A DNA stretch of 62,727 nt, filler included. It is 12 parts of 12 records of this genome, joined end to end, with 100 filler letters (N's around TTAATTAATTAA, not from the genome) between each part and the next. Parts side by side here need not be neighbours in the genome. Positions count along the whole stretch, not along the records: positions 32,234 to 39,061 come from SRR11831586_1585; positions 39,162 to 41,266 come from SRR11831586_1601; positions 41,367 to 49,881 come from SRR11831586_1621; 9 more parts are not named here. One strand, 5' to 3'. The translations under genes and the position numbers were made by a program. Numbering within the stretch: position 1 is the stretch's first letter; every line of letters begins with the position of its first letter. Of this stretch, positions 37,201 to 48,981 are shown piece by piece. The notes below the pieces were generated by a model, which ran no database searches, was not told the origin of the DNA, and saw nothing but the letters and a program-made list of their open reading frames with translations.

Positions 37201-37474
37201 CGCCTCCCCATTGTCACTGCACCGTGAATACAGAAACAGTTCACTCACGCCTGCCTCACGTGTGTAGAGACTCAAGCGCGGGGTTGTGCGGAGATCCACC
37301 AAGAAAGTCACTGCGAAACCTGAGTTGGTATCGAAGAAGCCAAGTATCTTCGCATCCATGACACAGCTGCGCACACGCCCGTCCGTAATTGCCACCACGC
37401 AGGGCGGTGCATTAGCGGACCTGAGACCGAGTCCCAGTTCAACCAGTATCACATCCATGCACAGTGACACCTGA
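34281..37474 (+). CDS. Translin-associated factor X-interacting protein 1 (TSNAXIP1)-like cilia-associated protein, multi-exon (apparent +1 error at about 35050)
   Basis: Spliced RLQVFREVF|EFIIRDFRSYQPILAAIKKEYE, coiled coil, RGTGSDVPKYLR, DPDCDLFQKILE|GEL and LFEEDREGSQCEF resemble TSNAXIP1 family motifs. Confidence 0.75.
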
Positions 37475-37674
37475 CGAGCTGCTCGCCTCGCGCACTTGCA
37501 CGTTCTGGACAGTGGTGAGGGGAAGGGAGTGGGGCGTTGGTTTCGAGATTGATGTAAATGAATAGCAGAGTGTTCGATTCATACTTTTGATACGCTCGCG
37601 CAGATCACAGGGCCGGCTCTGATTCTGTGGGGAGCAAAAAGTCTGCGATCTCGTTCCTGCATCAAACATTCATA

Positions 37675-39031
37675 TCAATCAGGGCTAGGTAAAACGACCA
37701 CACGGCACAAGCAACAAAGACAACACGCGCGCCACACAGGAGGGGCCCCGAACACGCACGCACCTCTTGTCCTCTTCGGATACCAGCTTTCGCGTCAATC
37801 GCTTGATCTCCTGCTCTGTAGCGGGAGGGCACTCAAGCAGCGCCCGCTCACACGCATAACACAGTGCGGTGGAGGACCGCGGTGGCTCGCACAGCTGCGA
37901 TACTTCGATGTCTGCCACATCGTCCACACTGGGATGCAACGCCATTGCAGCAACTGCCTGCTCCATACGGGTCATGCGATCCTCCTGCGAGTCTGTCTGA
38001 CAACATGATGCGTCTGGAGCTGTGCCCGTGCAACAGGGCCCCGCACTCGAACGCGCCGTAGCCGCGCGATCGTTGCTCTGACTCCGATCATCCGACGGAC
38101 TAGCAGCGTCCTGTGATGTTGATGGTTGCTCAGTCGCCAAACCTGCAGATGGCAACACATCTTGTGTGCCGAGCGCCGCGGTGTGTGACTGTTTGCGAGC
38201 CAATTCAAGCGCCGTGTTGGGGGAGATGGTTCGATGTCGCAGGGTACCCTCATCCGCAAACATGGGCCTGTGTGTGAAAAAATCACGTGATGAGTGGAAA
38301 ACACATAGTCGCATTGTGTCGCATTCAATGGTTACACACACTCACACGCGTAACCGAGCAAGAACAAGTAAGAACAAATGCGCCGGAGAAGGCGAAGCAT
38401 ACGGTCCACCAACAACAAATCACACAAGCACGAGAGATCTACTCGACACATTCACCTAGCATCATGGTACAACACAGGTGTGCGTAAGCAGTTGGCGACA
38501 TACGCAAGACACATGCCGCAGCGGTCCTGGGTGATGAAATCGGGAAACACAAGCTTGGCCCCTGTTCGCAACACGGTCGCCACAGTGTCCACGTGTGTTG
38601 TCTGCAGCTTCGCCAAAAACGCTAGAAACACCCTAAATTAGCGGCTGTAGTAACATATAGAAATATGCAAACCAGCGAAAAATCACGACCAACTCGCAGT
38701 ATCAGCAGGTCGCCGATATGACTACTATGATAACACCAGGACAGCACACTAAGCAAACCACAACACAGTCACCCCATACACCCCATGCGATGAGTCACAT
38801 CGCGCACCTTCTGACAGCTGGTTGAGACTGGCCTTGGGCCCCTTCTTCGTGCTGTAGATGGGGACAAACACAGACGCAAGTCCACGGAACCGTAGATAAA
38901 ACGCGATGCTTCGCAGTAAGACATCCTTCAGAGGTCGCACCAACTGCACGTGTAACGCTGCGTACAGAGCAGTGTTAGAGGTACGAATACAAATAGTACT
39001 GTGAGCGATTCGTAAGCTGACCACTCTCCAT
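37675..39031 (-). CDS. Cytoplasmic tRNA 2-thiolation protein 2 (CTU2/NCS2)-like, C-terminal exons
   Basis: Spliced VRPLKDVLLRSIAFY, SLNQLSE.FLAKLQTTHVDTVATVLRTGAKL, CGMCLA|P and LCYAC. Boundaries approximate. Confidence 0.65.
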
Positions 39032-39161
39032 CTACTGCACACACACACACACACACACACANNNNNNNNNNNNNNNNNNNNNNNNNNNNNNNNNNNNNNN
39101 NNNNNTTAATTAATTAANNNNNNNNNNNNNNNNNNNNNNNNNNNNNNNNNNNNNNNNNNNN

Positions 39162-41164
39162 CCTTCGCGACGTGGACGCAGAAAGGCTGTGTGGTGTGCT
39201 CTGTGCGCTGGTCTCAACGGGGGAGTTGAACGCAGTGGGCCCGGCTGTGGTATCATAGTCGTCCATCGCCTCCGCGGCATCCGCCACGGTGACCGCGAGC
39301 CGCACAAAACCCACCTCGGTAAATTTGACCGCGTTCGTTACAAGGTTCACCAGCACTTGCTGAAGGCGGGTCGGGTCCGTGAGTACGTACCGCGGAACGT
39401 TGCGTCCGAGCCGCAGACACATTCGCAGCTGCTTGGCGCGTGCGTAGAAGGACATCATCGAGGTGACACGCAACGCCAGCTGCCGAATATCCGTGGGGAC
39501 GCGCTCCAAGGGGAACTTGACACCGTTGTCGACGGCACGCGCATCCAACATATTTCCAATTAGATGCAAGAGCATGCCGGCCGCCGTGTCCATCACAGCC
39601 ACTGCATGCCGCGTGGACGACGACAGCTGCGGCTCCGCTGCCAGACGCTCTGTGATCCCAAGCACCACATTCAGAGGAGTCCGAATATCATACGACACCA
39701 CCGCAGCAAAGCTCTCTGTAGCTGCACGTTTTCGTTCTGTTTTCCGTTCGATGCGTCTCAGCTGCTCCGCTGTGACGATGAGTGCCTTGTAGGTCACCAC
39801 GCGCGCCCACTCACTCCACACCACCCATACGCCCACCACCGTTATCATAGCAGGCATGAGAATCACCAGTGTATCGCGCATGTACGCAGGAGTGGCAGTG
39901 ATGGGAAACACGTAGTCAGTGCTGTGGAGCTGGTACACAAGCGCGCCTTGTAACACCACACAACCGCCCGTGATCCAGACCCACAGACTCGAACCGCGCA
40001 AAAACAGCACAATCAGCAGCGGATACACGACGTGGTAGGTCAGCGAGTCAAACCCAGCACGCGAGAACGCAAAAATGGTTCGAGTGAGCACCGCATATAC
40101 GGGTGTATAGGGGACTGCAAGCCGGGGACGGTGGATGAGGAGGAAGGGAAAGACGGCGGTGGCGACGAAAACAGCGAAATTGCTGAGAAAGTTCTGCGGA
40201 ACGAAATACGAGCCCACGCCGCAGAGCACAAACACGGCGGCAGTCGCAGCCAGCATGACACGATACTGTCCCAAGAGCAGAACGTCCGTGAGTGAGGGTG
40301 GATGCAACGCACGATGCATGGCACGCTGTAATGTTCGATGCAACTCCCAGATATCCCAGTGTTTTGTGTGCACCTCTTGCTCTTCATCGCTGCTGGGAGA
40401 AGGGGAGCGCTCGGGTGGCGGTGAGGGACGCAGCAGTAACGCAGATGATACGTTGTCCTTGTCCACGGATTGTGAGACAATGTTGAGTACGTGTAGCAGC
40501 TGTGTTTTGCTCAGCGGTTTGCTACACAAGTGGTGATGCAACCAAAACGGCGTCAGGTCCAAAAACACTTGTGTACCTTAGAGACAACAGACAAACAAAC
40601 ACATACAAGAGAAACCCAATCAAAGTATCATCACAGAAGATATGGAGCATAAAATGTGGTACGATGCGTACCTTAGCACGGCGTCGCCACCACACGTTGT
40701 GCACTCGGCCATCGTCATGTGTGCGGCCGATACAAACACCACAGGAACACGTGGTATGTTGTTACGAGTCTCATACGCACGGATGGCGGATGCAGCCTCG
40801 AAGCCTGTCATACGCGGCATTTCCTATACCACAACAAGGACACACACGAGCCAACGAGATGAGCATCACCATGATTAATCACAGCAAAGAGCATTGCAAA
40901 AGCAGGCAAGTATGCGGCAACCCAAAGTGGGTAGAGGCTGGATGTATGTATGACACGAAAGCATAAGCCCACAAACAAATACTATCCGCTTACATATGCC
41001 CTTGTAACATGCATACACGCACGTACCACGTCCATCAGAACAACATCATAATTATGCACTGTGGTGCACAGCTGCACAGCGTCGTATCCGTTGCTGGCTG
41101 TGTGCATCGAGTGACCGGCACCTTGAATGAGCGTGCGCATTACAAACTGGTTGGCAGGCTCGTC
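39162..41164 (-). CDS. Eukaryotic hybrid histidine-kinase-like protein fragment: REC, about 6 TM, HisKA (H->Y), HATPase; partial at both ends
   Basis: Exons 41164-41027, 40823-40672 and 40521-39162 give DEPANQ..YDVVLMDV|EMPRMTGFEA..VLS|KP, hydrophobic segments, VSYDIRTPLN and DPTRLQQVLVNLVTNAVKFT. Confidence 0.88.
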
Positions 41165-41446
41165 CTGTCGCAAACACACACAGATCAGATACACTCACTC
41201 AAATGCAATAACCGTAGTCTGCGGCATGTTGTTTTCATAACCGCGGGAGTACACACGCACCAAAAANNNNNNNNNNNNNNNNNNNNNNNNNNNNNNNNNN
41301 NNNNNNNNNNTTAATTAATTAANNNNNNNNNNNNNNNNNNNNNNNNNNNNNNNNNNNNNNNNNNNNTTTACGAGTCATTGTTTATACATTTCGTTGATGC
41401 GTTTGATGCACACGGAAGCTGAAGCCCAGTAGCTCGCGGCTGAGCA

Positions 41447-42655
41447 TTAAAGGGAGCCATGCGCCTCACGCAACATTTTCTGCTCTGGCTGACGAATCGT
41501 CGTAGAAAGCGCCAATGACAGAATCAGCAGGGCGAAAATCACGTAGAAGGTCACATAGAAGCCGCCAAACAGTGAGGCGATAATCGAACCACAAATGCTA
41601 CCGATACCGAAACCGAGATAAATCACACCGTAGTTTTTCGCCAGGTTATTGAGGCCAAAGAACTCACTGACCAGTGACGGAAAGACGGTAATAGTGCCGC
41701 CAAAGTTAAATGCCACGCAGGCAATCGCTGCAAAGAACGTCACTGCATTCAATGGTGCAAACAGCAGGGCCGCCATACCCACCAGCGATATCACCTGACC
41801 AATGGTAATAACACGGATACGGGCGATTTTGTCAGACAGAATACCCAGCACCAGACGACCTGAAAGGTTGGCGATGGAAATAACAGTGACTGCATTGGCT
41901 GCGGAAACCACATCAAGGTGTGCCAGACTTTGGGCGATATCTTTCGCTACCCCAATCACGTACAGGCCGCTCATGCAGGCGGTCAGGAACATTACCGCTA
42001 ACATCCAGTACTGCGGTTTACGCATCGACTCTGCCAGCGTGTAATCTTTCTCCACCACACCATTGCTGGTTTTCACTTCCTGTTTTGGTGCGTCTTTCAT
42101 TAACGTTGCGCCGAAAACAATCATCAACAGCGCAATCGCTCCCCAAATCACAAAGGTTTTTTCCAGACCGACCGTTTCCAGCAGCTGCGTGTCGATAAAT
42201 TTGAAACCCAGGCTACCCAGACCATAAGAACCGATAGCGAACGCGGAGATCAGACCTTTACGCTCCGGGAACCACTTCACACAGTTAGAGAGCGTCAGCA
42301 GATAACCCGCGCCATCTGCCAGTCCCACCAGCACACCGGCGCTTAACCACAGCATCATCAGGTTGTCAGAATGCGCTGTCAGGAAGAAGCCTAATCCCAG
42401 CAAAATGCCGGAAGCCATGGTGACGCGTTTAACGCCAAAACGTTCCTGTAATTTGCCCGCAACAGAAGACGAAATTGCCAGCCCCAGACTTAACAAGCCG
42501 AAAGAGAAAGCGACCTGGCTTACCGGCGCATCCAGCTTGGCGGAAAGCGCGCCATTAAACAGGCTCCAGGTATAAACCGACCCCAGCGCAAACTGGGTAA
42601 TGATAGTACCGATGAGTGTCAGCCAGCGGGTACGCTGATAATTTGAAGGTGTCAT
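41447..42655 (-). CDS. yhjX: OFA-family MFS transporter YhjX
   Basis: 402 aa from MTPSNYQRTRW. Confidence 0.96.
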   Translation of the reverse strand: MTPSNYQRTRWLTLIGTIITQFALGSVYTWSLFNGALSAKLDAPVSQVAFSFGLLSLGLAISSSVAGKLQERFGVKRVTMASGILLGLGFFLTAHSDNLMMLWLSAGVLVGLADGAGYLLTLSNCVKWFPERKGLISAFAIGSYGLGSLGFKFIDTQLLETVGLEKTFVIWGAIALLMIVFGATLMKDAPKQEVKTSNGVVEKDYTLAESMRKPQYWMLAVMFLTACMSGLYVIGVAKDIAQSLAHLDVVSAANAVTVISIANLSGRLVLGILSDKIARIRVITIGQVISLVGMAALLFAPLNAVTFFAAIACVAFNFGGTITVFPSLVSEFFGLNNLAKNYGVIYLGFGIGSICGSIIASLFGGFYVTFYVIFALLILSLALSTTIRQPEQKMLREAHGSL

Positions 42656-42738
42656 GGCAGTATTCCTGCAGTAATAAAAAGGAAAAATCTCTGCCGACAA
42701 CCATAACGAAGTGCACTTTATGCCTGGGGAAAAACGGC

Positions 42739-42769
42739 ATGAAATGCCATCAGAACGGAATGAAATGCC
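42739..42769 (-). promoter_or_regulatory. YpdB/PyrR (LytTR) binding site upstream of yhjX
   Basis: Two direct repeats GGCATTTCAT on the minus strand (42739-42748 and 42760-42769) with an 11-bp spacer. Confidence 0.88.
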
Positions 42770-42883
42770 TTAGTTCAGGAATGAATGACGCGACAATTAT
42801 TCACCAAATTTATTATTTGGTAAGTTAGCACCCACTATCGCCACAACTATTGTTATTTAATGGTTTCAATTGTGACTGTTACG

Positions 42884-43582
42884 TTAAAATCTGGCGCTAA
42901 CCCCCATCGTATACAGATAGTCGCTATTATTAGTGGTATTTTCTGCCTGAGTTAGCGCGGCATAGGCGGCAATATTTTGATTGAGCAACATATCAGCGCC
43001 TACGGTGACATCCAGCCAGTTGCCGTTCTGGTTTGTCGCCGTCATCCGGCTCAGGCCTGATTGCGCCTTCCAGATATTCTCGCCAAATTGCTGGTTATAG
43101 CTGATTTGCGCCCAGGGTCGGAGATCGCCAAGCCGGGAGTCAACACGCCAGCCTAAGGTACTCACGCTGGCATGCCATAACGGATCGGTCAGCGTGGTAG
43201 TACTGTCGCCAAACTCGTTATACATCGAGGTGGTTGTGCCATCGTAATGTAATGCCGCGACCGGGCCGGTTGTAACCTGTTCATATAAAGGAAAATTCCA
43301 GCCCATACTCATACTGCTGGTCACATCCACAGGGGTTTCTTCCGCCAGATTGACTTCCAGTCCCAGCGCCCTTTGGCTACTTTGAATACGTTGCGACAAA
43401 ATATCGTTGTAATCAGGTTGATGATCACTATCCCAGGTGTAACGCTCTGTGGAAAGTCCGGGTTGCGTATCAACGATATATTCTTGTTGCCAGGCGTAAG
43501 CTGTGTTGAGAAAAAAGGCACTGATTACCACGCTCGCCAGCAGGCTTAGCTGCCAGCGACCACCGCTTTTTTTTATGATCAT
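42884..43582 (-). CDS. yhjY: Putative outer membrane (autotransporter barrel-like) protein YhjY
   Basis: 232 aa with signal peptide and C-terminal Phe (GVSARF). Confidence 0.9.
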   Translation of the reverse strand: MIIKKSGGRWQLSLLASVVISAFFLNTAYAWQQEYIVDTQPGLSTERYTWDSDHQPDYNDILSQRIQSSQRALGLEVNLAEETPVDVTSSMSMGWNFPLYEQVTTGPVAALHYDGTTTSMYNEFGDSTTTLTDPLWHASVSTLGWRVDSRLGDLRPWAQISYNQQFGENIWKAQSGLSRMTATNQNGNWLDVTVGADMLLNQNIAAYAALTQAENTTNNSDYLYTMGVSARF

Positions 43583-43739
43583 TAACACGACTCCAGGGAA
43601 GAGCCGAATTCGGCAATATTATTGTCATTGTATGAAGGATATCGGGCATAGTAGCCCTGTATTAAATATTGACTTTTTCACCGATGCGTCAAGAAAAGCG
43701 GCTGAAATTTTTACGATCGGGTACATAGCGAGGGAAAGT

Positions 43740-44303
43740 ATGGAACGTTGCGGCTGGGTGAGTCAGGACCCGCTTTATATTGCCTACCATGATAATGAGT
43801 GGGGCGTGCCTGAAACTGACAGTAAAAAACTGTTCGAAATGATCTGCCTTGAAGGGCAGCAGGCTGGATTATCGTGGATCACCGTCCTCAAAAAACGCGA
43901 AAACTATCGCGCCTGCTTTCATCAGTTCGATCCGGTGAAGGTCGCAGCAATGCAGGAAGAGGATGTCGAAAGACTGGTACAGGACGCCGGGATTATCCGC
44001 CATCGAGGGAAAATTCAGGCAATTATTGGTAATGCGCGGGCGTACCTGCAAATGGAACAGAACGGCGAACCGTTTGTCGACTTTGTCTGGTCGTTTGTAA
44101 ATCATCAGCCACAGGTGACACAAGCCACAACGTTGAGCGAAATTCCCACATCTACGTCCGCCTCCGACGCCCTATCTAAGGCACTGAAAAAACGTGGTTT
44201 TAAGTTTGTCGGCACCACAATCTGTTACTCCTTTATGCAGGCATGTGGGCTGGTGAATGATCATGTGGTTGGCTGCTGTTGCTATCCGGGAAATAAACCA
44301 TGA
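43740..44303 (+). CDS. tag: DNA-3-methyladenine glycosylase I
   Basis: 187 aa MERCGW..YHDNEWG..LEGQQAGLSW..NDH. Confidence 0.97.
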   Translation: MERCGWVSQDPLYIAYHDNEWGVPETDSKKLFEMICLEGQQAGLSWITVLKKRENYRACFHQFDPVKVAAMQEEDVERLVQDAGIIRHRGKIQAIIGNARAYLQMEQNGEPFVDFVWSFVNHQPQVTQATTLSEIPTSTSASDALSKALKKRGFKFVGTTICYSFMQACGLVNDHVVGCCCYPGNKP

Positions 44304-44740
44304 TTCGGGAAGCGCAACGTTCAGAACTCCCCGCGATCCTCGAACTGTGGCTGGAAAGTACAACCTGGGGGCATCCCTTTATAAAAGCGAATTACTGGCG
44401 TGACTGCATTCCGCTGGTGCGGGATGCCTATCTTGCCAACGCGCAAAACTGGGTCTGGGAAGAAGACGGTAAGCTTCTCGGTTTTGTCAGCATTATGGAA
44501 GGCCGATTTCTGGCAGCGATGTTTGTCGCACCGAAGGCCGTCAGGCGCGGTATTGGTAAGGCGCTGATGCAGTATGTGCAGCAGCGCCATCCCCACCTGA
44601 TGCTGGAGGTTTATCAAAAAAATCAATCGGCGATAAATTTTTACCAGGCACAGGGTTTTCACATTGTCGATTGCGCATGGCAGGATGAAACCCAACTACC
44701 CACATGGATTATGAGCTGGCCGGTGGTTCAAACGCTGTAA
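44300..44740 (+). CDS. yiaC: GNAT lysine acetyltransferase YiaC
   Basis: 146 aa, RRGIGKALM. Confidence 0.93.
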   Translation: MIREAQRSELPAILELWLESTTWGHPFIKANYWRDCIPLVRDAYLANAQNWVWEEDGKLLGFVSIMEGRFLAAMFVAPKAVRRGIGKALMQYVQQRHPHLMLEVYQKNQSAINFYQAQGFHIVDCAWQDETQLPTWIMSWPVVQTL

Positions 44741-47042
44741 GTGTCAGTTCCGGACCGTTGTATTTTTCCAGCCATGCCAGCGCCGTATTACCCGCACAGC
44801 CATTCCCCAGCCGCGAGCTGGGGAGATCTTTGGTCAGCACGTTCACTGCGCCGTTTTTACAAATACCGTCAGCGGTTAAATCCAGATCCGGCCATGCCCC
44901 TTCGTGAATGCAAATCACGCCAGGTTTAATTCCCTCGCTAATGACCGCTCCGGCAAGAATTTGCCCGCGTGCGTTCCACAACCGAACAGTATCGCCATCT
45001 TGTATGCCGCGCTCCTGGGCATCGTCAGGATGAATGGTGACAGGCTCACGATTTGCCACCGCGTACAATTCGCGCAGAGAACTGTAATTCAGCTGGCTGT
45101 GCAGGCGGTGCGCCGGATGGGCAGAAAGTACCTGCAACTGTTCTGGTTCGGCATTGCCCTGCCATTCGTCCGGCTCCAGCCACATTGGATGCCCAGGGCA
45201 ATCCGGGTAACCGTAATCGGCAATACGCTGTGAGAAGATTTCAATCTTGCCGCTGGCGGTTTTTAACGGATGCGCCAGCGGATCGCGGCAAAAATCAGCG
45301 AAGCGAATAAACCGCTCGCTGTCCGGGTTTTCCGGCATCTCAATTAACTGGTTGGCTTGCCAGAACTCAGCAAATGGCGGCAATTCAACCTGCTGGCTTG
45401 CCCCGCGCTGTCGGGCAACGTTATAAAACGTTTCCAGCCATTGCAGCTCACTTTTTCCTTCCGTAAAACGTGCATAACCGCCCTTCTCCCAGCGTTCACT
45501 TAACTCGGCAAAAACATCAAAATCATTACGCGCTTCATAGCGTGGCGGCACCACTTGCTTCATCGGCACCAGATGCTGATTACTGTAATCACCGGTCATG
45601 GTGAGATCATTACGCTCAAAAGAGGTAGTCGCAGGCAGAACGATATCCGCGTGTTTTGCCGCCGCCGTCCAGAAGCATTCAGAGATCACCACCAGCTCCG
45701 GTTTTTGCCAGGCACGGATCAGGCGATTGGTATCCTGATGATGAGTAAAGTTGGCACCGCCCGCCCACCAGATAAAACGAATATCCGGGAAATGTCGGTT
45801 CATACCGTTGTGTTGATATGCGCCACCAGGGTTTTCCAGTGCTTCAACAATGCGGGCAACAGGGATTTTATCCACCGCATCGCAGCCACCCGGCAAGCTG
45901 CCCTGCATGGAAGAGAGCACCGCAGAACGCCGCGTGGGGTTACCACCATTGGCAAAATGGTAAGAAAGACCAAAACCGCCGCCGGGTGTGCCGATTTGCC
46001 CCAACATTGCTGCCAGCGTGACGATCATCCAGTGTTTTTGCTCACCAAACTGTTGGCGCTGCATTCCCCAGCCTGCCATCAGCATGGTGGTATTTTGGTG
46101 GAAAATAGCCGCCAGCTCGCGGATTTTCGCTGCGCCAACACCACAAATCTCTGCTGCCCATTCGGCGGTTTTCGCTATTCCGTCACTCTCGCCCAGCAAA
46201 TAAGAGGCGAAGACGGCATAACCTGTGGTGCAACGCGCCAGAAACGCTTCGTCGTGCCAACCATTTTCCACCAGCGTATGGGCGATCCCCAGCATCAGCG
46301 CAACATCGGTGCCCATGTGCGGTGCCACCCACTCCATTTTATCGCCAAAGAAATCGACGGTTTCCGATCGCATTGGATCAATGCAGATCAGCTTTTTCCC
46401 GCTGTCACGCAGTGCAGAAAAGTAAGAAAGCCCCTGCTCATCGGATGCATTCCACGCAATTTTCAGCGTATTGAGTGGGTTAGCACTCCACAGCACCACG
46501 ACATCGCTATGTTCCAGCACCAGCGGCCAACTGGTCTGCTGTTGATAAACTTCACTACCACCCACGACATACGGCATGATCGCCTGTGCCGCGCCGGTCG
46601 AATAATCCCCCAGATGCCCGGTATAACCGCCTGCCAGCGCCATATAGCGTTGTAATAATGTCGAGGCCTTATGCAGCACGCCGTTTGAACGCCAGCCGTA
46701 GGAACCAGCAAAAATCGATGCCGGACCATAAGCCTCACGAATGCGTTTATGTTGTTGGTGAATAAGATCCAGCGCCTCATCCCAACTCACGCGAACAAAT
46801 TCATCCTGCCCACGAATGCCTTGCGGGTTTTCCGGTGACGCAAGAAAGCCTTTTCGCACCATTGGAAATCGTACCCGCGTATTGCTGTGAACCTGGTCGC
46901 GAACCGCGCTCTGCAAGGAGTTTTCCATTCCTGTGGCTAACGCGCCACGCGAGCTAAACACGGTTTCGCCGTCGGTTTCAACCAGCATGGGCCCCCAATG
47001 GGCGGCAGTCAGAACGGAATATCGTGAGGATGAGTTGGCCAA
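44709..47042 (-). CDS. bisC: Biotin sulfoxide reductase
   Basis: 777 aa DMSO-reductase family, TTG start, no Tat signal. Confidence 0.96.
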
Positions 47043-47194
47043 ACCGAAGACTCCTGAAAGGTTAGATGTATTGAGCAGTTAAATATTACTTACAAATTTC
47101 CGAGTATTCCCAGGAATAATCTTCATGTTCACGCGGCATAATCTCCCGCCACGGAACCCGTGGCAAAGAATAAAAAGGTTATTAAGGATTAACA

Positions 47195-47854
47195 ATGAAG
47201 AAACGTGTTTATCTTATTGCCGCCGTAGTGAGTGGCGCTCTGGCGGTATCTGGCTGCACAACTAACCCTTACACCGGCGAACGCGAAGCAGGTAAATCTG
47301 CTATCGGCGCAGGTCTGGGCTCTCTCGTGGGCGCGGGTATTGGTGCGCTCTCTTCTTCGAAGAAAGATCGCGGTAAAGGCGCGCTGATTGGCGCAGCAGC
47401 AGGCGCAGCTCTGGGCGGCGGCGTTGGTTATTACATGGATGTGCAGGAAGCGAAGCTGCGCGACAAAATGCGCGGCACTGGTGTTAGCGTAACCCGCAGC
47501 GGGGATAACATTATCCTCAATATGCCGAACAATGTGACCTTCGACAGCAGCAGCGCGACCCTGAAACCGGCGGGCGCTAACACCCTGACCGGCGTGGCAA
47601 TGGTACTGAAAGAGTATCCGAAAACGGCGGTTAACGTGATTGGTTATACCGACAGCACGGGTGGTCACGACCTGAACATGCGTCTCTCCCAGCAACGTGC
47701 GGATTCCGTTGCCAGCGCGTTGATCACCCAGGGCGTGGACGCCAGCCGCATCCGTACTCAGGGCCTTGGCCCGGCTAACCCAATCGCCAGCAACAGCACC
47801 GCAGAAGGTAAGGCGCAAAACCGCCGTGTAGAAATTACCTTAAGCCCGCTGTAA
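47195..47854 (+). CDS. yiaD: OmpA-domain lipoprotein YiaD
   Basis: 219 aa, lipobox VSGC, glycine zipper, OmpA-C domain. Confidence 0.96.
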   Translation: MKKRVYLIAAVVSGALAVSGCTTNPYTGEREAGKSAIGAGLGSLVGAGIGALSSSKKDRGKGALIGAAAGAALGGGVGYYMDVQEAKLRDKMRGTGVSVTRSGDNIILNMPNNVTFDSSSATLKPAGANTLTGVAMVLKEYPKTAVNVIGYTDSTGGHDLNMRLSQQRADSVASALITQGVDASRIRTQGLGPANPIASNSTAEGKAQNRRVEITLSPL

Positions 47855-47862
47855 TCCCTTTC

Positions 47863-47892
47863 ATGCCAGGTGATGCAGAAATCACCTGGCAT
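47863..47892 (+). terminator. Hairpin after yiaD
   Basis: ATGCCAGGTGAT-GCAGAA-ATCACCTGGCAT. Confidence 0.65.
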
Positions 47893-47957
47893 TCTTCAGT
47901 TTTCCTTCATCATATTTCAGGCTAAGGTGATCGCCTTATCAGTGAATGGAGAGAAGC

Positions 47958-48932
47958 ATGAAGCCGTCCGTTATCCTCTACAAAGCCTTACCTGATGATT
48001 TACTGCAACGCCTGCAAGAGCATTTCACCGTTCACCAGGTGGCAAACCTCAGCCCACAAACCGTCGAACAAAATGCAGCAATTTTTGCCGAAGCTGAAGG
48101 TTTACTGGGTTCAAACGAGAATGTAAATGCCGCATTGCTGGAAAAAATGCCGAAACTGCGTGCCACATCAACGATCTCCGTCGGCTATGACAATTTTGAT
48201 GTCGATGCGCTTACCGCCCGAAAAATTCTGCTGATGCACACGCCAACCGTATTAACAGAAACCGTCGCCGATACGCTGATGGCGCTGGTGTTGTCTACCG
48301 CTCGTCGGGTTGTGGAGGTAGCAGAACGGGTAAAAGCAGGCGAATGGACCGCGAGCATAGGCCCGGACTGGTACGGCACTGACGTTCACCATAAAACACT
48401 GGGCATTGTCGGGATGGGACGGATCGGCATGGCGCTGGCACAACGTGCGCACTTTGGCTTCAACATGCCCATCCTCTATAACGCGCGCCGCCACCATAAA
48501 GAAGCAGAAGAACGCTTCAACGCCCGCTACTGCGATTTGGATACTCTGTTACAAGAGTCAGATTTCGTTTGCCTGATCCTGCCGTTAACTGATGAGACGC
48601 ATCATCTGTTTGGCGCAGAACAATTCGCCAAAATGAAATCCTCCGCCATTTTCATTAATGCCGGACGTGGCCCGGTGGTTGACGAAAATGCACTGATCGC
48701 AGCATTGCAGAAAGGCGAAATTCACGCTGCCGGGCTGGATGTCTTCGAACAAGAGCCACTGTCCGTAGATTCGCCGTTGCTCTCAATGGCCAACGTCGTC
48801 GCAGTACCGCATATTGGATCTGCCACCCATGAGACGCGTTATGGCATGGCCGCCTGTGCCGTGGATAATTTGATTGATGCGTTACAAGGAAAGGTTGAGA
48901 AGAACTGTGTGAATCCGCACGTCGCGGACTAA
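47958..48932 (+). CDS. ghrB: Glyoxylate/hydroxypyruvate reductase B
   Basis: 324 aa D-2-hydroxyacid dehydrogenase, GMGRIG and PHIGSAT. Confidence 0.96.
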   Translation: MKPSVILYKALPDDLLQRLQEHFTVHQVANLSPQTVEQNAAIFAEAEGLLGSNENVNAALLEKMPKLRATSTISVGYDNFDVDALTARKILLMHTPTVLTETVADTLMALVLSTARRVVEVAERVKAGEWTASIGPDWYGTDVHHKTLGIVGMGRIGMALAQRAHFGFNMPILYNARRHHKEAEERFNARYCDLDTLLQESDFVCLILPLTDETHHLFGAEQFAKMKSSAIFINAGRGPVVDENALIAALQKGEIHAAGLDVFEQEPLSVDSPLLSMANVVAVPHIGSATHETRYGMAACAVDNLIDALQGKVEKNCVNPHVAD

Positions 48933-48945
48933 GCCGCGACTGCGT

Positions 48946-48981
48946 AGAGTAAAGCCCGATAATCGCTCGGGCTTTTACTCT
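48946..48981. terminator. Bidirectional terminator between ghrB and yiaF
   Basis: AGAGTAAAGCCCGA...TCGGGCTTTTACTCT. Confidence 0.8.

Noticed and set aside
44618-44640. Possible strain-specific Pro-to-Ser change in YiaC (KNQSAINF)
   Set aside because: It rests only on my recollection of the reference protein and cannot be verified without an alignment.
45555-46655. 366-aa ORF antisense to bisC (also 26181-26795 in ffh and 47189-47818 in yiaD)
   Set aside because: Shadow ORFs of well-established genes, with no recognisable motifs.
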